Source: Candidatus Omnitrophota bacterium (lineage in GTDB: Bacteria; Omnitrophota; Gorgyraeia; Gygaellales; JBFMHM01). Taken from it: DNA of 64,000 nt. This document shows positions 27,104-38,579 of the stretch, in pieces (position 1 is the first letter of the stretch; the number at the start of each line of letters is the position of its first letter). The DNA is taken from positions 147,157-211,156 of the forward strand of contig JBFMHM010000001.1 of the NCBI GenBank assembly GCA_040753015.1. Direction: 5' to 3'. The notes beneath the pieces were generated by a model that saw only the letters and a list, made by a program, of their open reading frames with translations, was not told where the DNA came from and did not search any database. Made by a program: the position numbers and the translations under genes.

Positions 27104-28095
27104 TTTTCTTTCTGATTTAATTTAACAAGATCAATCTGCATTCCAAGGTTTAATCCCATCCCACTCAAAAGCTCTTTGATCTCAGTTAATGATTTTTTAC
27201 CAAAATTCCTAAACCCAAGCATCTCTTCTTCGGACTTAGTTACAAGTTCTCCGATTGTTTTTATATTAGCCTCTCTTAAGCAATTTGAACTTCTAACAGA
27301 AAGCTCAAGCTCAGAAATAGGAAGCTTAATTTTTTCTAGAAGCGCCCTCTCTTCTTGAGTCAACTCAAGACCTTGCTCCTCTTCTTCGGGTAATTGGCCA
27401 AAATTTACGAATATTTCCAAATGCCGTTGTAAAATATTAGATGCGTATAACAATGCATCTTTAGGAGAAATTGCGCCATTCGTAAAAATTTCTAAAATAA
27501 GTTTTTCATAATCAAGCCTCTGCCCTACCCTGGTATTTTCAACAGTGAAATTAACTTTCTTCAGTGGACTAAATATAGAATCAACTGCGATTGTGCCCAC
27601 TGAATGCTCTTCTTTTTTATTTAATTCTGCAGGATAATAGCCCCTGCCGCGCCCAACCTCTAACTCCATTTTAAATTTTACATCTTTAGTCAAAGTTAAT
27701 AAATGTAGTTTAGGATTAATAACCTCTACCGTCTCATCAGTAATTATATCGCCGGCTGTTATCTCGCCCTTTGTATTTTTTTCAATACTAATTGTAGTGG
27801 GGGTCCTTGTATGCGAACGCAATATCAGATTTTTTATATTTAGGACAATCTCTGTAGCATCTTCTAATACACCGGGCAATGCAGAAAATTCATGGCTTGC
27901 GCCATGAATTCTTATCGCGGTAACGCTTGCTCCTTCTATAGATGAAAGAAGCACTCTTCTTAATGAATTTCCTAAAGTAACCGCATAACCTTTTTCAAAC
28001 GGCTCTGCGATAAATTTACCATAAGTATCGGTGAGGCTGGATTCTTCACATTCTAATCTTTTCGGTAGAACAAAATCTCTCCATTTAATACCCAT
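27100..28095 (-). CDS. rpoA: DNA-directed RNA polymerase subunit alpha
   Basis: 331 aa with conserved alpha NTD and CTD. Confidence 0.95.
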   Translation of the reverse strand: MGIKWRDFVLPKRLECEESSLTDTYGKFIAEPFEKGYAVTLGNSLRRVLLSSIEGASVTAIRIHGASHEFSALPGVLEDATEIVLNIKNLILRSHTRTPTTISIEKNTKGEITAGDIITDETVEVINPKLHLLTLTKDVKFKMELEVGRGRGYYPAELNKKEEHSVGTIAVDSIFSPLKKVNFTVENTRVGQRLDYEKLILEIFTNGAISPKDALLYASNILQRHLEIFVNFGQLPEEEEQGLELTQEERALLEKIKLPISELELSVRSSNCLREANIKTIGELVTKSEEEMLGFRNFGKKSLTEIKELLSGMGLNLGMQIDLVKLNQKEK

Positions 28096-28121
28096 TCACT
28101 CCTCCTTGAATAACTGCTATA

Positions 28122-28748
28122 TTACTTTGAATATAACTCGACAATAAGTTGTTCTTGGATTGGAAGCTGTAAGTCTTCTTTCTCCGGAAGCCTAACTACC
28201 TTTGCTGTTAAATTATCCTGATCTAATTCAAGCCATCCAGGCTTTACTACATCTTTAGTCTGCTCTAAATTCTGTTTAAAATTTTCTTTAGTCTTATCTT
28301 TAGCCCTAATTTCTATAACATCACCTGTCTTAATTAAATAAGACGGAATATTCACCCGCCTTGAATTTACGTAAACAAAATTATGCCTTACTATCTGCCT
28401 TGCCTGATTATGAGAAACTGCAAAACCAGTTCTTAAAATAACGCTATCTAAGCGCCTTTCTAATAATTGAATAAGAACTTTTCCCGTAACACCTTTTGTT
28501 TTTGAAGCAAGCTCAAAATAATTACGAAATTGCTGTTCAAGTAAACCATAATATCGCTTTACTTTTTGTTTTTCTCTCAACTGTATACCATAATTAGAAA
28601 GTTTTGTTCTTGCTTGGCCATGCTGTCCCGGTGCATACGCACGTCTTGTAACCGCACATTTAGGGCCGTTGCAACGAATACCTTTTAAAAAAAGCTTCAT
28701 ACCCTCTCTTCTACATTTTCTACATGTTGCTCTTAAGTCTTTTGCCAT
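28122..28748 (-). CDS. rpsD: 30S ribosomal protein S4
   Basis: 208 aa with N-terminal zinc-ribbon Cys residues. Confidence 0.95.
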   Translation of the reverse strand: MAKDLRATCRKCRREGMKLFLKGIRCNGPKCAVTRRAYAPGQHGQARTKLSNYGIQLREKQKVKRYYGLLEQQFRNYFELASKTKGVTGKVLIQLLERRLDSVILRTGFAVSHNQARQIVRHNFVYVNSRRVNIPSYLIKTGDVIEIRAKDKTKENFKQNLEQTKDVVKPGWLELDQDNLTAKVVRLPEKEDLQLPIQEQLIVELYSK

Positions 28749-28750
28749 AA

Positions 28751-29164
28751 TTACACCCTTCTTTGTTTCTTAGCCCGGCAGCCATTATGAGGAATCGGGG
28801 TTGTATCTTTTATAGAGGTGACATTAAGCCCGGCTGCCTGCAAAGCTCTAATTGCGGATTCTCTGCCTGAACCTGGGCCTTTCACAATAACATCAACTTC
28901 TCTTAAACCCATATCTTTAGCACGCTTAGCGGCATTATCAGCTGCAACCTGTGCTGCAAATGGAGTAGATTTTTTTGACCCGCCAAAACCAACTATTCCC
29001 GGGGACGACCATACTAATACATTACCAGCCTTATCAGTTATTGAAATAATCGTATTGTTAAAACTTGCCTGAATAAAAACAATACCCGACGTTGAACTTA
29101 ATGTTCTTTTCTTTTTCGTCTTGGGTTTATCTTGTGCTGGTTGTACAGGTTGTTCTTGAGCCAA
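28751..29164 (-). CDS. rpsK: 30S ribosomal protein S11
   Basis: 137 aa with a conserved S11 core. Confidence 0.95.
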   Translation of the reverse strand: MAQEQPVQPAQDKPKTKKKRTLSSTSGIVFIQASFNNTIISITDKAGNVLVWSSPGIVGFGGSKKSTPFAAQVAADNAAKRAKDMGLREVDVIVKGPGSGRESAIRALQAAGLNVTSIKDTTPIPHNGCRAKKQRRV

Positions 29165-29178
29165 TTTATCTTCTCCTT

Positions 29179-29565
29179 TTATTTAGTTTCGGTCTTTTTA
29201 ACTATTGCCATATTCGTTTTTCTAGGCCCTTTACGAGTCCTTGCATTCGTACGGCTTCTTTGCCCCCTCACAGGAAGGCCTCGCCTATGCCGAAGTCCGC
29301 GCCAACTGCCAATATCAATTAACCGCTTAATACTTTGAGATATATCTCTTCTTAAATCCCCCTCTAACTTATAACCACTTTTTTGTAATGTAGAAGTTAT
29401 ACGAGAAACCTCTTCTTCAGTTAAATCTTTAGCCCGTTTGTCAGGTGATATCCCTGCAGTCTGTAAAATTTTATTTGAATTATGCCTACCAATACCATAA
29501 AGATAGGTAAGAGCAATCTCCATTCTTTTTTCTCTCGGTATATCAACACCTAAAATTCTTGGCAC
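29179..29565 (-). CDS. rpsM: 30S ribosomal protein S13
   Basis: Motif ILGVDIP. Confidence 0.95.
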   Translation of the reverse strand: MPRILGVDIPREKRMEIALTYLYGIGRHNSNKILQTAGISPDKRAKDLTEEEVSRITSTLQKSGYKLEGDLRRDISQSIKRLIDIGSWRGLRHRRGLPVRGQRSRTNARTRKGPRKTNMAIVKKTETK

Positions 29566-29589
29566 CTAAATCCTCCTTCAACCCTATAT

Positions 29590-29703
29590 TTATCCTTGTT
29601 TTTGTTTATGTTTTGAATTAATACAAATAACGTGAACTATGCCGCGTCTTTTAATAATTTTACACTTATCACAAATTTTTTTAACAGATGCTTTAACTTT
29701 CAC
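29590..29703 (-). CDS. rpmJ: 50S ribosomal protein L36
   Basis: Not in the ORF track. GTG start with GGAG upstream. Translation: (M)[36 protein letters not shown]. Confidence 0.85.
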   Translation of the reverse strand: MKVKASVKKICDKCKIIKRRGIVHVICINSKHKQKQG

Positions 29704-29727
29704 CCTGTTACATCTCCTTTACGTAAA

Positions 29728-29940
29728 TTAAACTCTATAGGTTATACGCCCTCTACTTAAATCATAGGGCGAAAGCTCAACCTTTACTTTGTCGCCGGCA
29801 AGTATTCTAATAAAATGAACTCTTATCTTCCCAGATATATGCGCGAGCACCTTGTGCCCATTGTCGAGTTCAACTCGAAACATACCATTAGGCAAAGTTT
29901 CCAAAACTGTTCCTTCGGTCTCTATTAACTCTTCTTTCAT
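29728..29940 (-). CDS. infA: translation initiation factor IF-1
   Basis: Motif [29 protein letters not shown]. Confidence 0.95.
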   Translation of the reverse strand: MKEELIETEGTVLETLPNGMFRVELDNGHKVLAHISGKIRVHFIRILAGDKVKVELSPYDLSRGRITYRV

Positions 29941-29944
29941 GTCT

Positions 29945-30688
29945 TTAACTTGTTAATATTTTTGGCCCATCAGATGTTACTGCTATCGTATGCTCAAAAT
30001 GTGCTGAGGGCAGCCTATCTTTTGTAACCGCTGTCCACCCATCATCTAAAATTTCGACTTCTGGTTTGCCTAAATTAATCATTGGCTCGATCGCCAAAAC
30101 CATTCCCTCTTGTAAAATTGGGCCACACCCAGCTTGGCCATAATTTGGTATTTCGGGATCTTCATGCAATTCTCTACCTATACCATGCCCAACAAAATCA
30201 CGCACAACTGAAAATCCATTCTTTTCAGCATGCCCTTGAATAACATTAGATATATCAAAAAGATGATTGTCTTTTTTTGCCTGATTAATTCCTAAATACA
30301 AAGCTTCTCTGGTTATATCAATAAGATGTTGCAATTTTGGATTAATTTTTCCTATCCCAAACGTCGTTGCAGTATCAACAAAAAAACCATCGATCTCCAT
30401 ACCTATATCAAGGCTCAATATATCGCCATTTTCTAATTTACGTTCATCTGGTATACCATGCACTATAACCTCGTTTACCGATGTACAAATATTCGACGGA
30501 TACCCGCGGTAATTTTTAAAAGCTGGCCTAGCACCGGCATTATTTATCAAAACTTCAGCCCACATATCAATCTCTGAAAGCTTAATGCCTGCTTTAATCC
30601 TAGAACAAAGAATTTCAATTATACGGGATAGAACTATACCCGCCTTTTTCATTTTGGCGATTTCTTCTTTTGTTTTAAGAAAAACCAT
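29945..30688 (-). CDS. map: type I methionine aminopeptidase
   Basis: 247 aa with conserved metal ligands. Confidence 0.9.
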   Translation of the reverse strand: MVFLKTKEEIAKMKKAGIVLSRIIEILCSRIKAGIKLSEIDMWAEVLINNAGARPAFKNYRGYPSNICTSVNEVIVHGIPDERKLENGDILSLDIGMEIDGFFVDTATTFGIGKINPKLQHLIDITREALYLGINQAKKDNHLFDISNVIQGHAEKNGFSVVRDFVGHGIGRELHEDPEIPNYGQAGCGPILQEGMVLAIEPMINLGKPEVEILDDGWTAVTKDRLPSAHFEHTIAVTSDGPKILTS

Positions 30689-30701
30689 TATAATTCAAAG
30701 A

Positions 30702-31346
30702 TCAAGATTTGAGAACAGCAATAAGCTTATTAAATAATAATTTAGCGTCAATGTTAGCATCAACTGTCAAAAGTTTATTTTTATTTTTATAATAATCGAT
30801 CAAATCCAAGGTCTTTTCTTCATAAACTTTTAACCTATTTAAAATAACTTCTTCTTTATCATCGGCTCGTTGAAAAAGTTTCTCATTACATAAATCACAA
30901 ACGCTATCTTTTTTAGGAGGCATATTAATTATATGAAAATTCGCCCCGCATCCTTCACATACGCGCCGCCCAGAAAGTCTTTTAACAACCGTATCTTTAT
31001 TTACCTCAAAATAAATCACTCTATCTATAATAATATTTGAATTAATAAAAAACTTATCTAAATCTTCGGCCTGTATTATATTTCTTGGAAAACCATCTAA
31101 GATAAAACCATTTATGCATGCTTGATTTTTTAATTTTTCAGTAGTTATCCGCGTAACTAAATCATCTGGTACAAGCTGGCCGCCCTCTATATATTTTTTT
31201 GCTTCTTTTCCAAGCTGAGTATCATTCTTAAGTTCTTCTCTTAAGATATCTCCGGTTGATATATGAGGAATATTAAATTTAGCGGCAAGCATTTTTGCCT
31301 GCGTGCCTTTACCTGCTCCAGGCGCACCTAATAAAATTAGCCTCAT
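30702..31346 (-). CDS. adk: adenylate kinase
   Basis: GAPGAGKGTQ P-loop and a zinc-lid CxxC...CxxC. Confidence 0.95.
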   Translation of the reverse strand: MRLILLGAPGAGKGTQAKMLAAKFNIPHISTGDILREELKNDTQLGKEAKKYIEGGQLVPDDLVTRITTEKLKNQACINGFILDGFPRNIIQAEDLDKFFINSNIIIDRVIYFEVNKDTVVKRLSGRRVCEGCGANFHIINMPPKKDSVCDLCNEKLFQRADDKEEVILNRLKVYEEKTLDLIDYYKNKNKLLTVDANIDAKLLFNKLIAVLKS

Positions 31347-32680
31347 CGTCTACCCCTAAGAGTTCCTTTTTGCATAAATCCTTCGTAATTTCTGAGTAAA
31401 AGCTGTGATTCAATTTGTTTCATTGTATCAAGCATAACACCGACAACAATCAATATACCTGTACCGCCAAAGAACGATGCAACTAAATAAGGAATCTTGA
31501 GCCAGGCCATAATAAAATCAGGAAATATTGCTATAAAAACAATAAACAAAGCTCCTGCTAACGTAATTCTTGTCATTACAAAATCTAGAAATTCTACTGT
31601 CGGTTTACCTGGGCGGATTCCCGGGACAAAACCGCCGTATTTCTTTAAATTTTCTGCAATTTCATTTGGTTGAAATACAATGGCTGTATAAAAATAACAA
31701 AAGAAAATAATTAACAAAGCATAAACAAGTGTATATAAAAAATGTCCTCGCGATAGAGCTTGGGCAAATTTTTGAAATGCTGGATTTGGAATAAACGTAC
31801 CGAGCGTTGCCGGGAATAGAATTATCGACTGTGCAAAGATAATCGCAATAACACCGGCAGTATCAACCTTTAAAGGTATATAAGTCTGTCCGCCTCCGTA
31901 AACATTCCTACCAACTACACGCCTTGCATATTGAACTGGTATGCGACGCTGGCCTTGAGTAATAAGTGCAACCGCCCAAATAACTCCAACTAACAGAACA
32001 GCCATAATTAAATAACTAAAAGGTTGGATTTGCTGCCTTACTGATATCAATTGGTTTACTGCCGAGGGGAGCCGTGAAACAATACCTGCAGTGATTATTA
32101 AAGAAATTCCGTTACCAATGCCTCTTTCTTGAATTTGCTCACCTAACCACATTATAAAAATTGTACCACAGGTAAGCGTAAGAACAGTTAAAATTCTAAA
32201 TCCCCACCCTGGATGAGGAACAATCGCAAACCCTTGGCTAAATCCTTCGAATCTAGTTGGATGCTCAAGCCATAAAGCAATAAAAAAAGATTGAACCGCA
32301 GCCAAAACTACTGTCCCATATCTGGTATATTGATTAATTTTTTGATAACCAGCTTTACCCTCTTTAGATAATCTTTCAAGAGCAGGAATTACAGCTGTTA
32401 AAAGCTGCAAAATAATTGAACTCGAGATGTAAGGCATTATACCTAAGGCGAAAATAGTTAGTCTTTCCATAGCACCACCGGAAAACATATTCATTATGCC
32501 AAAGAGCGCACCCCCCTGTCCACGGGAAATATAATCGAAGAGCTCGCCTAATGCAATAGCATCAATCCCTGGAGTAGGAACAAAACATCCAATTCTATAA
32601 ACTATAAGCAGGCCTAATGTAATTAAAACACGCTTTTTTAAATCTGGTATTTTAAAAATGCTTGCGAAGCCTTTAAGCAT
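31343..32680 (-). CDS. secY: preprotein translocase subunit SecY
   Basis: 445 aa with 10 TM segments. Confidence 0.95.
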   Translation of the reverse strand: MLKGFASIFKIPDLKKRVLITLGLLIVYRIGCFVPTPGIDAIALGELFDYISRGQGGALFGIMNMFSGGAMERLTIFALGIMPYISSSIILQLLTAVIPALERLSKEGKAGYQKINQYTRYGTVVLAAVQSFFIALWLEHPTRFEGFSQGFAIVPHPGWGFRILTVLTLTCGTIFIMWLGEQIQERGIGNGISLIITAGIVSRLPSAVNQLISVRQQIQPFSYLIMAVLLVGVIWAVALITQGQRRIPVQYARRVVGRNVYGGGQTYIPLKVDTAGVIAIIFAQSIILFPATLGTFIPNPAFQKFAQALSRGHFLYTLVYALLIIFFCYFYTAIVFQPNEIAENLKKYGGFVPGIRPGKPTVEFLDFVMTRITLAGALFIVFIAIFPDFIMAWLKIPYLVASFFGGTGILIVVGVMLDTMKQIESQLLLRNYEGFMQKGTLRGRR

Positions 32681-32681
32681 A

Positions 32682-33125
32682 TTATTTTATAATTTCTGGT
32701 TTTCCGCCTGCCTCTGTAATTTTTCTCAAAGCAGGGCCTGAAAAATAATGAGCCTTTATTGTTAGAGCTTTCTTTAACTGGCCATTACCTAAAATTTTAA
32801 CTTTCAAATTTTGATTTTTAATCAATCCGACTTGCTCTAATTCTAAGGGCGTTATTATTTCGCTTTTTTTAATTTTTTTCAAATCTTCTAGATTAATAAT
32901 TTCATATTTTTTGGATGCCTTTGACCTAAATCCTCTTTTCGGAATTCTCCTTATTAAGGGTGACTGACCGCCTTCAAAGCCAGTATAAAAATGACGCCCT
33001 GATCGCGAATTCTGCCCCTTAACGCCACGACAAGAAGTTTTGCCGTGCCCAGACCCAGAACCTCTCCCAACAATTTTCCTCTTTTTTACTGCACCATGGG
33101 GCCTAACTAGGTTGTTCATCAACAT
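32682..33125 (-). CDS. rplO: 50S ribosomal protein L15
   Basis: Conserved L15 motifs. Confidence 0.95.
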   Translation of the reverse strand: MLMNNLVRPHGAVKKRKIVGRGSGSGHGKTSCRGVKGQNSRSGRHFYTGFEGGQSPLIRRIPKRGFRSKASKKYEIINLEDLKKIKKSEIITPLELEQVGLIKNQNLKVKILGNGQLKKALTIKAHYFSGPALRKITEAGGKPEIIK

Positions 33126-33594
33126 TTTGCTTTACCTCTTTTTGGCCAGAAACAGCTACTTTTAAATTTAATAAACCATCCATTGTTGCCTTAATAACAT
33201 TTACGGGATTATTTGATTTTAAACATTTTGTTAAAATATCTTTTATGCCAGCGGCTTCCAGAACTGCCCGGACGCTTCCAGATGCAATAATACCGGTACC
33301 TTCGCTTGCTGGCTTAAGCAAAACCTTTGCCGCGCCAAAATGGCCTATTATCTCATGAGGTATTGTTGTGCCTACCCGATGTATCTTTACCATCGCTTTT
33401 TTTGCTTTAGACAAACTTTTCTTAATTGCATCGGCTACTTCGCCTGCTTTTTCCAAAGCAAAACCAACTCTGCCGTTGGTATCGCCAATAACTATTAATG
33501 CACTAAAAGAAAGTTTTTTACCGCCTTTTGTAACTTTGGCTACACGACCGATCCTAACAATTTTTTCATATAATTGAACCTGTTCTTCTTGCAT
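33103..33594 (-). CDS. rpsE: 30S ribosomal protein S5
   Basis: Conserved S5 domains. Confidence 0.95.
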   Translation of the reverse strand: MQEEQVQLYEKIVRIGRVAKVTKGGKKLSFSALIVIGDTNGRVGFALEKAGEVADAIKKSLSKAKKAMVKIHRVGTTIPHEIIGHFGAAKVLLKPASEGTGIIASGSVRAVLEAAGIKDILTKCLKSNNPVNVIKATMDGLLNLKVAVSGQKEVKQNVDEQPS

Positions 33595-33596
33595 AA

Positions 33597-33959
33597 TTAA
33601 AATTCAATGCCTCCCTTTCTTAAAGCATCGGCAAATGCTTTTATTCTGCCATGGTATAAATAACCGCCTCTATCAAAAGCGATTTGTTTAATATTTTTTT
33701 CTTCCATCTTTTTAGCTAGCTCTTGCCCCAAAATGGTTGCAGCTTTTATATTTCCACCATAAACAAGTTTACCTTTTAGATCTTTTGATAATGTAGACAT
33801 AGAAAGAACTGTTGTATGCACATTATCATTAATCAGTTGAGCGGAAATATTCTTTAGACTTCTATGCACAACTAAACGAAGTCGCGCCTCTGTGCCTTTT
33901 AAATTAATCCTAGATCTGTTATGCCTCTTAATGCGTCGTGACTCGCTATTTAATCTCAT
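33597..33959 (-). CDS. rplR: 50S ribosomal protein L18
   Basis: 120 aa, L18. Confidence 0.95.
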   Translation of the reverse strand: MRLNSESRRIKRHNRSRINLKGTEARLRLVVHRSLKNISAQLINDNVHTTVLSMSTLSKDLKGKLVYGGNIKAATILGQELAKKMEEKNIKQIAFDRGGYLYHGRIKAFADALRKGGIEF

Positions 33960-34495
33960 TTTGTAGCAGCCTTTCCAATTTTCTTCTTAACATATTCACC
34001 TTTATATCTTATACCTTTGCCCTTATAAGGCTCTGGTGGAAAAATTGCCCTAATTTGAGCCGCAATTTCACCAACCCTTTGCTTATCAATACCGCTAATA
34101 ATTATTGTTTGCGGCTTTGGAGTAGTAATATTTATATCATTAGGGATAGGGTATTCCACAGAATGCGAAAAACCTAAATACATAGTTAATTTTTTTCCCT
34201 TAATTTCTGCGCGAAAGCCAATACCAACAACTTCTAATTCTTTAGAATAACCCTCTGTAACACCACAAATCATATTTGCAATCAATGCTCTTGTTAAACC
34301 ATGTAATGACTTAGCGATTTTTGTATCTGATTTTCGCGTTACTTTTATATGAGAACCCTCTACTTGTATATCAATCAATGGTGAAAATGTTTGTATTAGT
34401 TTTCCCTTCGGTCCTTCAATATTTGCAACTTTATCAGAAATTGCAATTTTAACACCCTTGGGTATTATAACTGGTTTTTGGCCTATTCTTGACAC
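33956..34495 (-). CDS. rplF: 50S ribosomal protein L6
   Basis: 179 aa, L6. Confidence 0.95.
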   Translation of the reverse strand: MSRIGQKPVIIPKGVKIAISDKVANIEGPKGKLIQTFSPLIDIQVEGSHIKVTRKSDTKIAKSLHGLTRALIANMICGVTEGYSKELEVVGIGFRAEIKGKKLTMYLGFSHSVEYPIPNDINITTPKPQTIIISGIDKQRVGEIAAQIRAIFPPEPYKGKGIRYKGEYVKKKIGKAATK

Positions 34496-34513
34496 AAAAA
34501 ACTCCTTTGATTT

Positions 34514-34909
34514 TTAATAAATACTACAGACAACTTCACCGCCAAGCCCCTTTTCTTTTGCTTCTTTGCTACTAATAATTCCAGATGGGGTTGATAAAAT
34601 AGCTATCCCTTGCCCACGTAAAACAATAGGTATTTTATCTTTTTTTACATATACTCTAAGCCCCGGTCTAGATACTCTTTTTAGGCTTGTAATTGCGGGA
34701 TTTTTTTCTTGATCATACTTTAAATAAACGCGCATCTTATTATATTTAGAATCTAGTGCTTGAAAATTTTCAATATAACTCTCTTTCTTAAGTATCTCTA
34801 AAATAGATTTAACTACCGAATTAATCATTATATCAACATTTTCTTTTTTAATTTTGGATGCATTCATTATTGCTGTTAATGCATCGGCAATCATATCACT
34901 TCTACTCAT
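34514..34909 (-). CDS. rpsH: 30S ribosomal protein S8
   Basis: 131 aa, S8. Confidence 0.95.
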   Translation of the reverse strand: MSRSDMIADALTAIMNASKIKKENVDIMINSVVKSILEILKKESYIENFQALDSKYNKMRVYLKYDQEKNPAITSLKRVSRPGLRVYVKKDKIPIVLRGQGIAILSTPSGIISSKEAKEKGLGGEVVCSIY

Positions 34910-34921
34910 AATATTCCTTTC

Positions 34922-35107
34922 TTACCAGCTAGCTTTTTTAACACCCGGAACCTCGCCTTTCCAGGCAAGTTCCCTAAAACAAATCCGGCATAATCTAAAT
35001 CTCCTTAGATAACCTCCAGACCTGCCACAGATACTACAACGATTATAACCACGGCTACTAAATTTAGGTGTCTTTTTCCAACGCTCTATTTGAGATTTTT
35101 TTGCCAT
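34922..35107 (-). CDS. rpsZ: 30S ribosomal protein S14 type Z (zinc-binding)
   Basis: 61 aa starting [12 protein letters not shown], with CxxC...CxxC. The track ORF starts 9 codons upstream. Confidence 0.9.
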   Translation of the reverse strand: MAKKSQIERWKKTPKFSSRGYNRCSICGRSGGYLRRFRLCRICFRELAWKGEVPGVKKASW

Positions 35108-35146
35108 TTTATTTCCCTTACCCCGATAGCACAAGCCTTTTCGAGG

Positions 35147-35689
35147 TTATTTCTTAAATGGTATACCAAACAATTTTAATAATTCTCTTGATTCGTCCTT
35201 TGAACTATTGTTTATTACAAAGGTAATATCCATGCCCTGTGCACGGCTAATTTTATCAAATTCTATTTCTGGAAAAATACCTTGCTCTTGAATTCCTAAA
35301 GTATAATTGCCTTTCTTATCAAAGGAGTTATCTTTCACACCTCTAAAATCTCTAATTCTTGGCAAAGCTACACTAACTAATCTGTCTAAGAATTCATACA
35401 TTATATTTTTTCTTAATGTCACTTTGCAGCCAATAACAGTATTTTCTTTAACTTTAAAATTTGATATTGATTTCTTTGCTCTTGTATATACTGGCTTTTG
35501 CCCTGTAATATGAGATAATTCTTCTAAAGCTTTATCAACAATTTTTATATCGGTTATACCTTCGCCAACACCCATATTAACTACAATTTTACTAAGACTA
35601 GGCACCTGCATTGCATTTTTATAATTAAATGTTTTTTGCATAGCTGGTATTATTTCTTTGCGGTATTTTTCAAGTAAACGAGGTGTCAT
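35147..35689 (-). CDS. rplE: 50S ribosomal protein L5
   Basis: 180 aa, L5. Confidence 0.95.
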   Translation of the reverse strand: MTPRLLEKYRKEIIPAMQKTFNYKNAMQVPSLSKIVVNMGVGEGITDIKIVDKALEELSHITGQKPVYTRAKKSISNFKVKENTVIGCKVTLRKNIMYEFLDRLVSVALPRIRDFRGVKDNSFDKKGNYTLGIQEQGIFPEIEFDKISRAQGMDITFVINNSSKDESRELLKLFGIPFKK

Positions 35690-35691
35690 TT

Positions 35692-36009
35692 TTATAAAAC
35701 CTCCTTACAAAGCTTACAAATCCGCTGCTTCTTGCCCTCTTTATCAAAAATAAATGTGTTTCTAACAGCCCTGTTGCATTGTTTGCAAAATAATTTTAAA
35801 TTAGATATATGTATTGGACGCTCAACTTGAATCACGCCGCCTTGTTGATTTTCTTGGCTGCGGCGCGTATGTTTCTTTACAATATTTACGCCCTCAACGG
35901 TTGCTCTTTGAGCCTTAGGAAAAACTCTTATTACCCGCCCGCTTTTACCTTTATCTTTTCCAGCTATTACATAAACATTATCTTCTTTTCTTATTCTCAT
36001 TTTATACAA
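35692..36009 (-). CDS. rplX: 50S ribosomal protein L24 with C4 zinc-ribbon-like C-terminus
   Basis: KOW motif GKDKGKSG. C-terminal CKQC...CKLC. Confidence 0.9.
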   Translation of the reverse strand: MYKMRIRKEDNVYVIAGKDKGKSGRVIRVFPKAQRATVEGVNIVKKHTRRSQENQQGGVIQVERPIHISNLKLFCKQCNRAVRNTFIFDKEGKKQRICKLCKEVL

Positions 36010-36370
36010 CCTCTGGTGCTAAAGAAATAATTTTAGTGAATCCTCTATCACGTAACTCCCTGGCCACCGGGCCAAATACTCTAGTGCCGCGGGGATTTAA
36101 TTGCGCATCAATTATAACAACAGCATTACGATCAAATCTTAATATAGAACCGTCGTTCCTCCTTATCGCATTTTTTGTCCTTACTATAACTGCTTTTGCG
36201 ACCTGCCCCTTCTTAACAACAGCGTTTGGCGTAGACTCTTTAACATTTACATTAACAATATCGCCTACCTTAGAAATAAGTTTTCCTCTTTGACCGATTA
36301 CACCGATAAAAGAAACTTTTCTTGCGCCAGTATTATCTGCTACGTCTAAAATTGTACGAATCTGGATCAT
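36002..36370 (-). CDS. rplN: 50S ribosomal protein L14
   Basis: 122 aa, L14. Confidence 0.95.
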   Translation of the reverse strand: MIQIRTILDVADNTGARKVSFIGVIGQRGKLISKVGDIVNVNVKESTPNAVVKKGQVAKAVIVRTKNAIRRNDGSILRFDRNAVVIIDAQLNPRGTRVFGPVARELRDRGFTKIISLAPEVV

Positions 36371-36615
36371 TTCAAAACCTCAATTAGCCTAAAACGCTTA
36401 TCTTTTGATAACGGCCTCGTCTCTTCAATTAAAACCTTATCACCAATTTTAGCTTGGTTTTTCTCATCATGCGCTTTAATTTTTTTATACTGTTTTATTA
36501 TCTTGTTATATTTCGCATGTTTTGTAAGACGCTCAGTTTTAACTACAATGGTCTTTTGCATTTTATTGCTTACAACTATACCCATCTTTTGCTTTCTTGC
36601 TATTGAACTGCTCAT
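36367..36615 (-). CDS. rpsQ: 30S ribosomal protein S17
   Basis: 82 aa, S17. Confidence 0.95.
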   Translation of the reverse strand: MSSSIARKQKMGIVVSNKMQKTIVVKTERLTKHAKYNKIIKQYKKIKAHDEKNQAKIGDKVLIEETRPLSKDKRFRLIEVLK

Positions 36616-36812
36616 TTATTTTCCTTTTTTGTTTCGCGAGATAAAAGCGTTTCAATTCTAGCTAAATCTTTTTTTATCAATGAAAATGCGTGTGGTTTTT
36701 CAACTCTACCAGTCTTCCTCTGATAATTTAGCTTAAAAAGCTCTGCTTTTAAATTATCTCTTTTCTGCATCAACTCTTCTTTAGTTAGATCTATTAATTC
36801 TTTGAATTTCAC
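36612..36812 (-). CDS. rpmC: 50S ribosomal protein L29
   Basis: 66 aa, L29. Confidence 0.9.
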   Translation of the reverse strand: MKFKELIDLTKEELMQKRDNLKAELFKLNYQRKTGRVEKPHAFSLIKKDLARIETLLSRETKKENK

Positions 36813-36849
36813 TCTACTATTTTCTCCTAATTTCTCAATTAATTAATTT

Positions 36850-37263
36850 TTAGTGCGCCCTTGTAATAAACTTCGATTTAATTGGTAATTTGTAAGCGGC
36901 TAATCTAAATGCCTCACGGGCTAAATCTTCAGGAACACCGCCTATTTCAAACATAATCATTCCGCGCTTCACAACACAAACCCAATGATCTAATTCACCT
37001 TTGCCTTTTCCTTGGCGTGTTTCAGCCGGTTTTTTTGTAATCGACTTATCAGGAAACACTCTAAGCCAAAGCTTACCGCCGGCTCTAAGCTGCCTTGCAA
37101 GAATAACACGCACAGCTTCTATATGCGTATTCTTTAACCAACCATTATCTAAAGCTTTAAGCCCATACTCTCCGAAAGAAAGACTCGACCCTCTTGTTGC
37201 AATCCCTCTACGTTTGCCTTTCTGAAGCTTGCGATATTTTACACGTTTTGGCATTAAAACCAT
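36850..37263 (-). CDS. rplP: 50S ribosomal protein L16
   Basis: 137 aa, L16. Confidence 0.95.
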   Translation of the reverse strand: MVLMPKRVKYRKLQKGKRRGIATRGSSLSFGEYGLKALDNGWLKNTHIEAVRVILARQLRAGGKLWLRVFPDKSITKKPAETRQGKGKGELDHWVCVVKRGMIMFEIGGVPEDLAREAFRLAAYKLPIKSKFITRAH

Positions 37264-37265
37264 AA

Positions 37266-37946
37266 CTAACCTTCCTTGTTATCTACGATTTTATTACTGT
37301 CAGAATCTACGGGCTTTGAAAAAATATCCCCTTTATAAACCCAAGTCTTGACGCCGATATACCCATATGTTGTGGCGGCTTGTGCAAAACCATAATCAAT
37401 ATTCGCACGTAAAGTCTGCAAAGGAACCTTGCCTTGTTTATATGTTTCAGTCCTAGACATTTCGGCTCCGCCTAAACGCCCCCCGCAGCTTACTTTAATG
37501 CCCTCGCAACCTGCATTTAGCGCCTGTTCCATAGCCCTCTTTATTGCTCTTCTGAAAGCAATACGTTTTTCAAGCTGTAAAGCAATATTTTCAGAAATTA
37601 ATTGTGCGTCTAACGCTGGTTGTTTAATATCTTCTATCTCGATAATTAACTCTTTGCTAGTTATTTTATTTATTTGCGCCTTTAGCTGCTCAATTTCCGA
37701 ACCATGCCTACCAATAAGAACACCCGGCCTTCCTGAACAAATTCTTACCTTAATTTTATCTCCACCAAGACGCTCTATAATTACTCTTGCAATTGATGCT
37801 TGCCTATAATTAGTAGTTATCAATTTTCTAATTTTATAATCCTCTTCTAAATTCTTTGGAAATTCCTTCTTTTTTGCAAACCAAAGGCTTAACCAGCTTT
37901 TATTTATTCCTATACGCTGTATAAATGGATGAACTTTTTGTCCCAC
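37266..37946 (-). CDS. rpsC: 30S ribosomal protein S3
   Basis: 226 aa with a KH domain. Confidence 0.95.
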   Translation of the reverse strand: MGQKVHPFIQRIGINKSWLSLWFAKKKEFPKNLEEDYKIRKLITTNYRQASIARVIIERLGGDKIKVRICSGRPGVLIGRHGSEIEQLKAQINKITSKELIIEIEDIKQPALDAQLISENIALQLEKRIAFRRAIKRAMEQALNAGCEGIKVSCGGRLGGAEMSRTETYKQGKVPLQTLRANIDYGFAQAATTYGYIGVKTWVYKGDIFSKPVDSDSNKIVDNKEG

Positions 37947-37947
37947 A

Positions 37948-38298
37948 TTACCTCCTTAAATCCAACTCTAACTTTATATGAGATGTTCTCTTTAAAATCC
38001 CTGTTGCCCGGCCAAAACTTGCCGCTCGGAATCTTTTCCAAACTGGGCCGTTATCAGCCGTTATTTTCGATATATAGAGATCCTTCTGGTTTAATCCCTT
38101 TGCCTTTAAATTACTAATTGCCGAATTTATTAATTTAATTATTGTCTTAGAATAACGCCTGTCATCTAATGCTGATAAGATATTTTTTGCTTCTAAAACA
38201 CCTTTACCTCTGACTAAATTAATTAAAGGCCTCATCTTCGAAGCTGAACCCCGGACAAATCTTAATTTTACTTGTGTTAACATATTATGTCTTCTCAA
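37948..38298 (-). CDS. rplV: 50S ribosomal protein L22
   Basis: 116 aa, L22. Confidence 0.95.
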   Translation of the reverse strand: MRRHNMLTQVKLRFVRGSASKMRPLINLVRGKGVLEAKNILSALDDRRYSKTIIKLINSAISNLKAKGLNQKDLYISKITADNGPVWKRFRAASFGRATGILKRTSHIKLELDLRR

Positions 38299-38572
38299 CT
38301 GCTTTCTTGGCTTTTACGCCACCGTGCTTCTTAAAAATTCTCGAAGGAGCAAATTCACCTAATTTATGCCCTACCATATTCTCGGTAACAAATACCGGTA
38401 TATGCTTTCTGCCATCATAAACACCAAAAGTTAAACCAACGAAATCAGGTATAATTGTTGAACGCCTTGACCAGGTCTTAATAACTTCCCGCTTGCTGAT
38501 TTTTTTAGATTTTTCAACTTTTTTTAATAAACTTTCTTCGACAAATGGACCTTTTTTTAATGACCTTGGCAT
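38285..38572 (-). CDS. rpsS: 30S ribosomal protein S19
   Basis: 95 aa, S19. Confidence 0.95.
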   Translation of the reverse strand: MPRSLKKGPFVEESLLKKVEKSKKISKREVIKTWSRRSTIIPDFVGLTFGVYDGRKHIPVFVTENMVGHKLGEFAPSRIFKKHGGVKAKKAVEKT

Positions 38573-38579
38573 CTATCCC

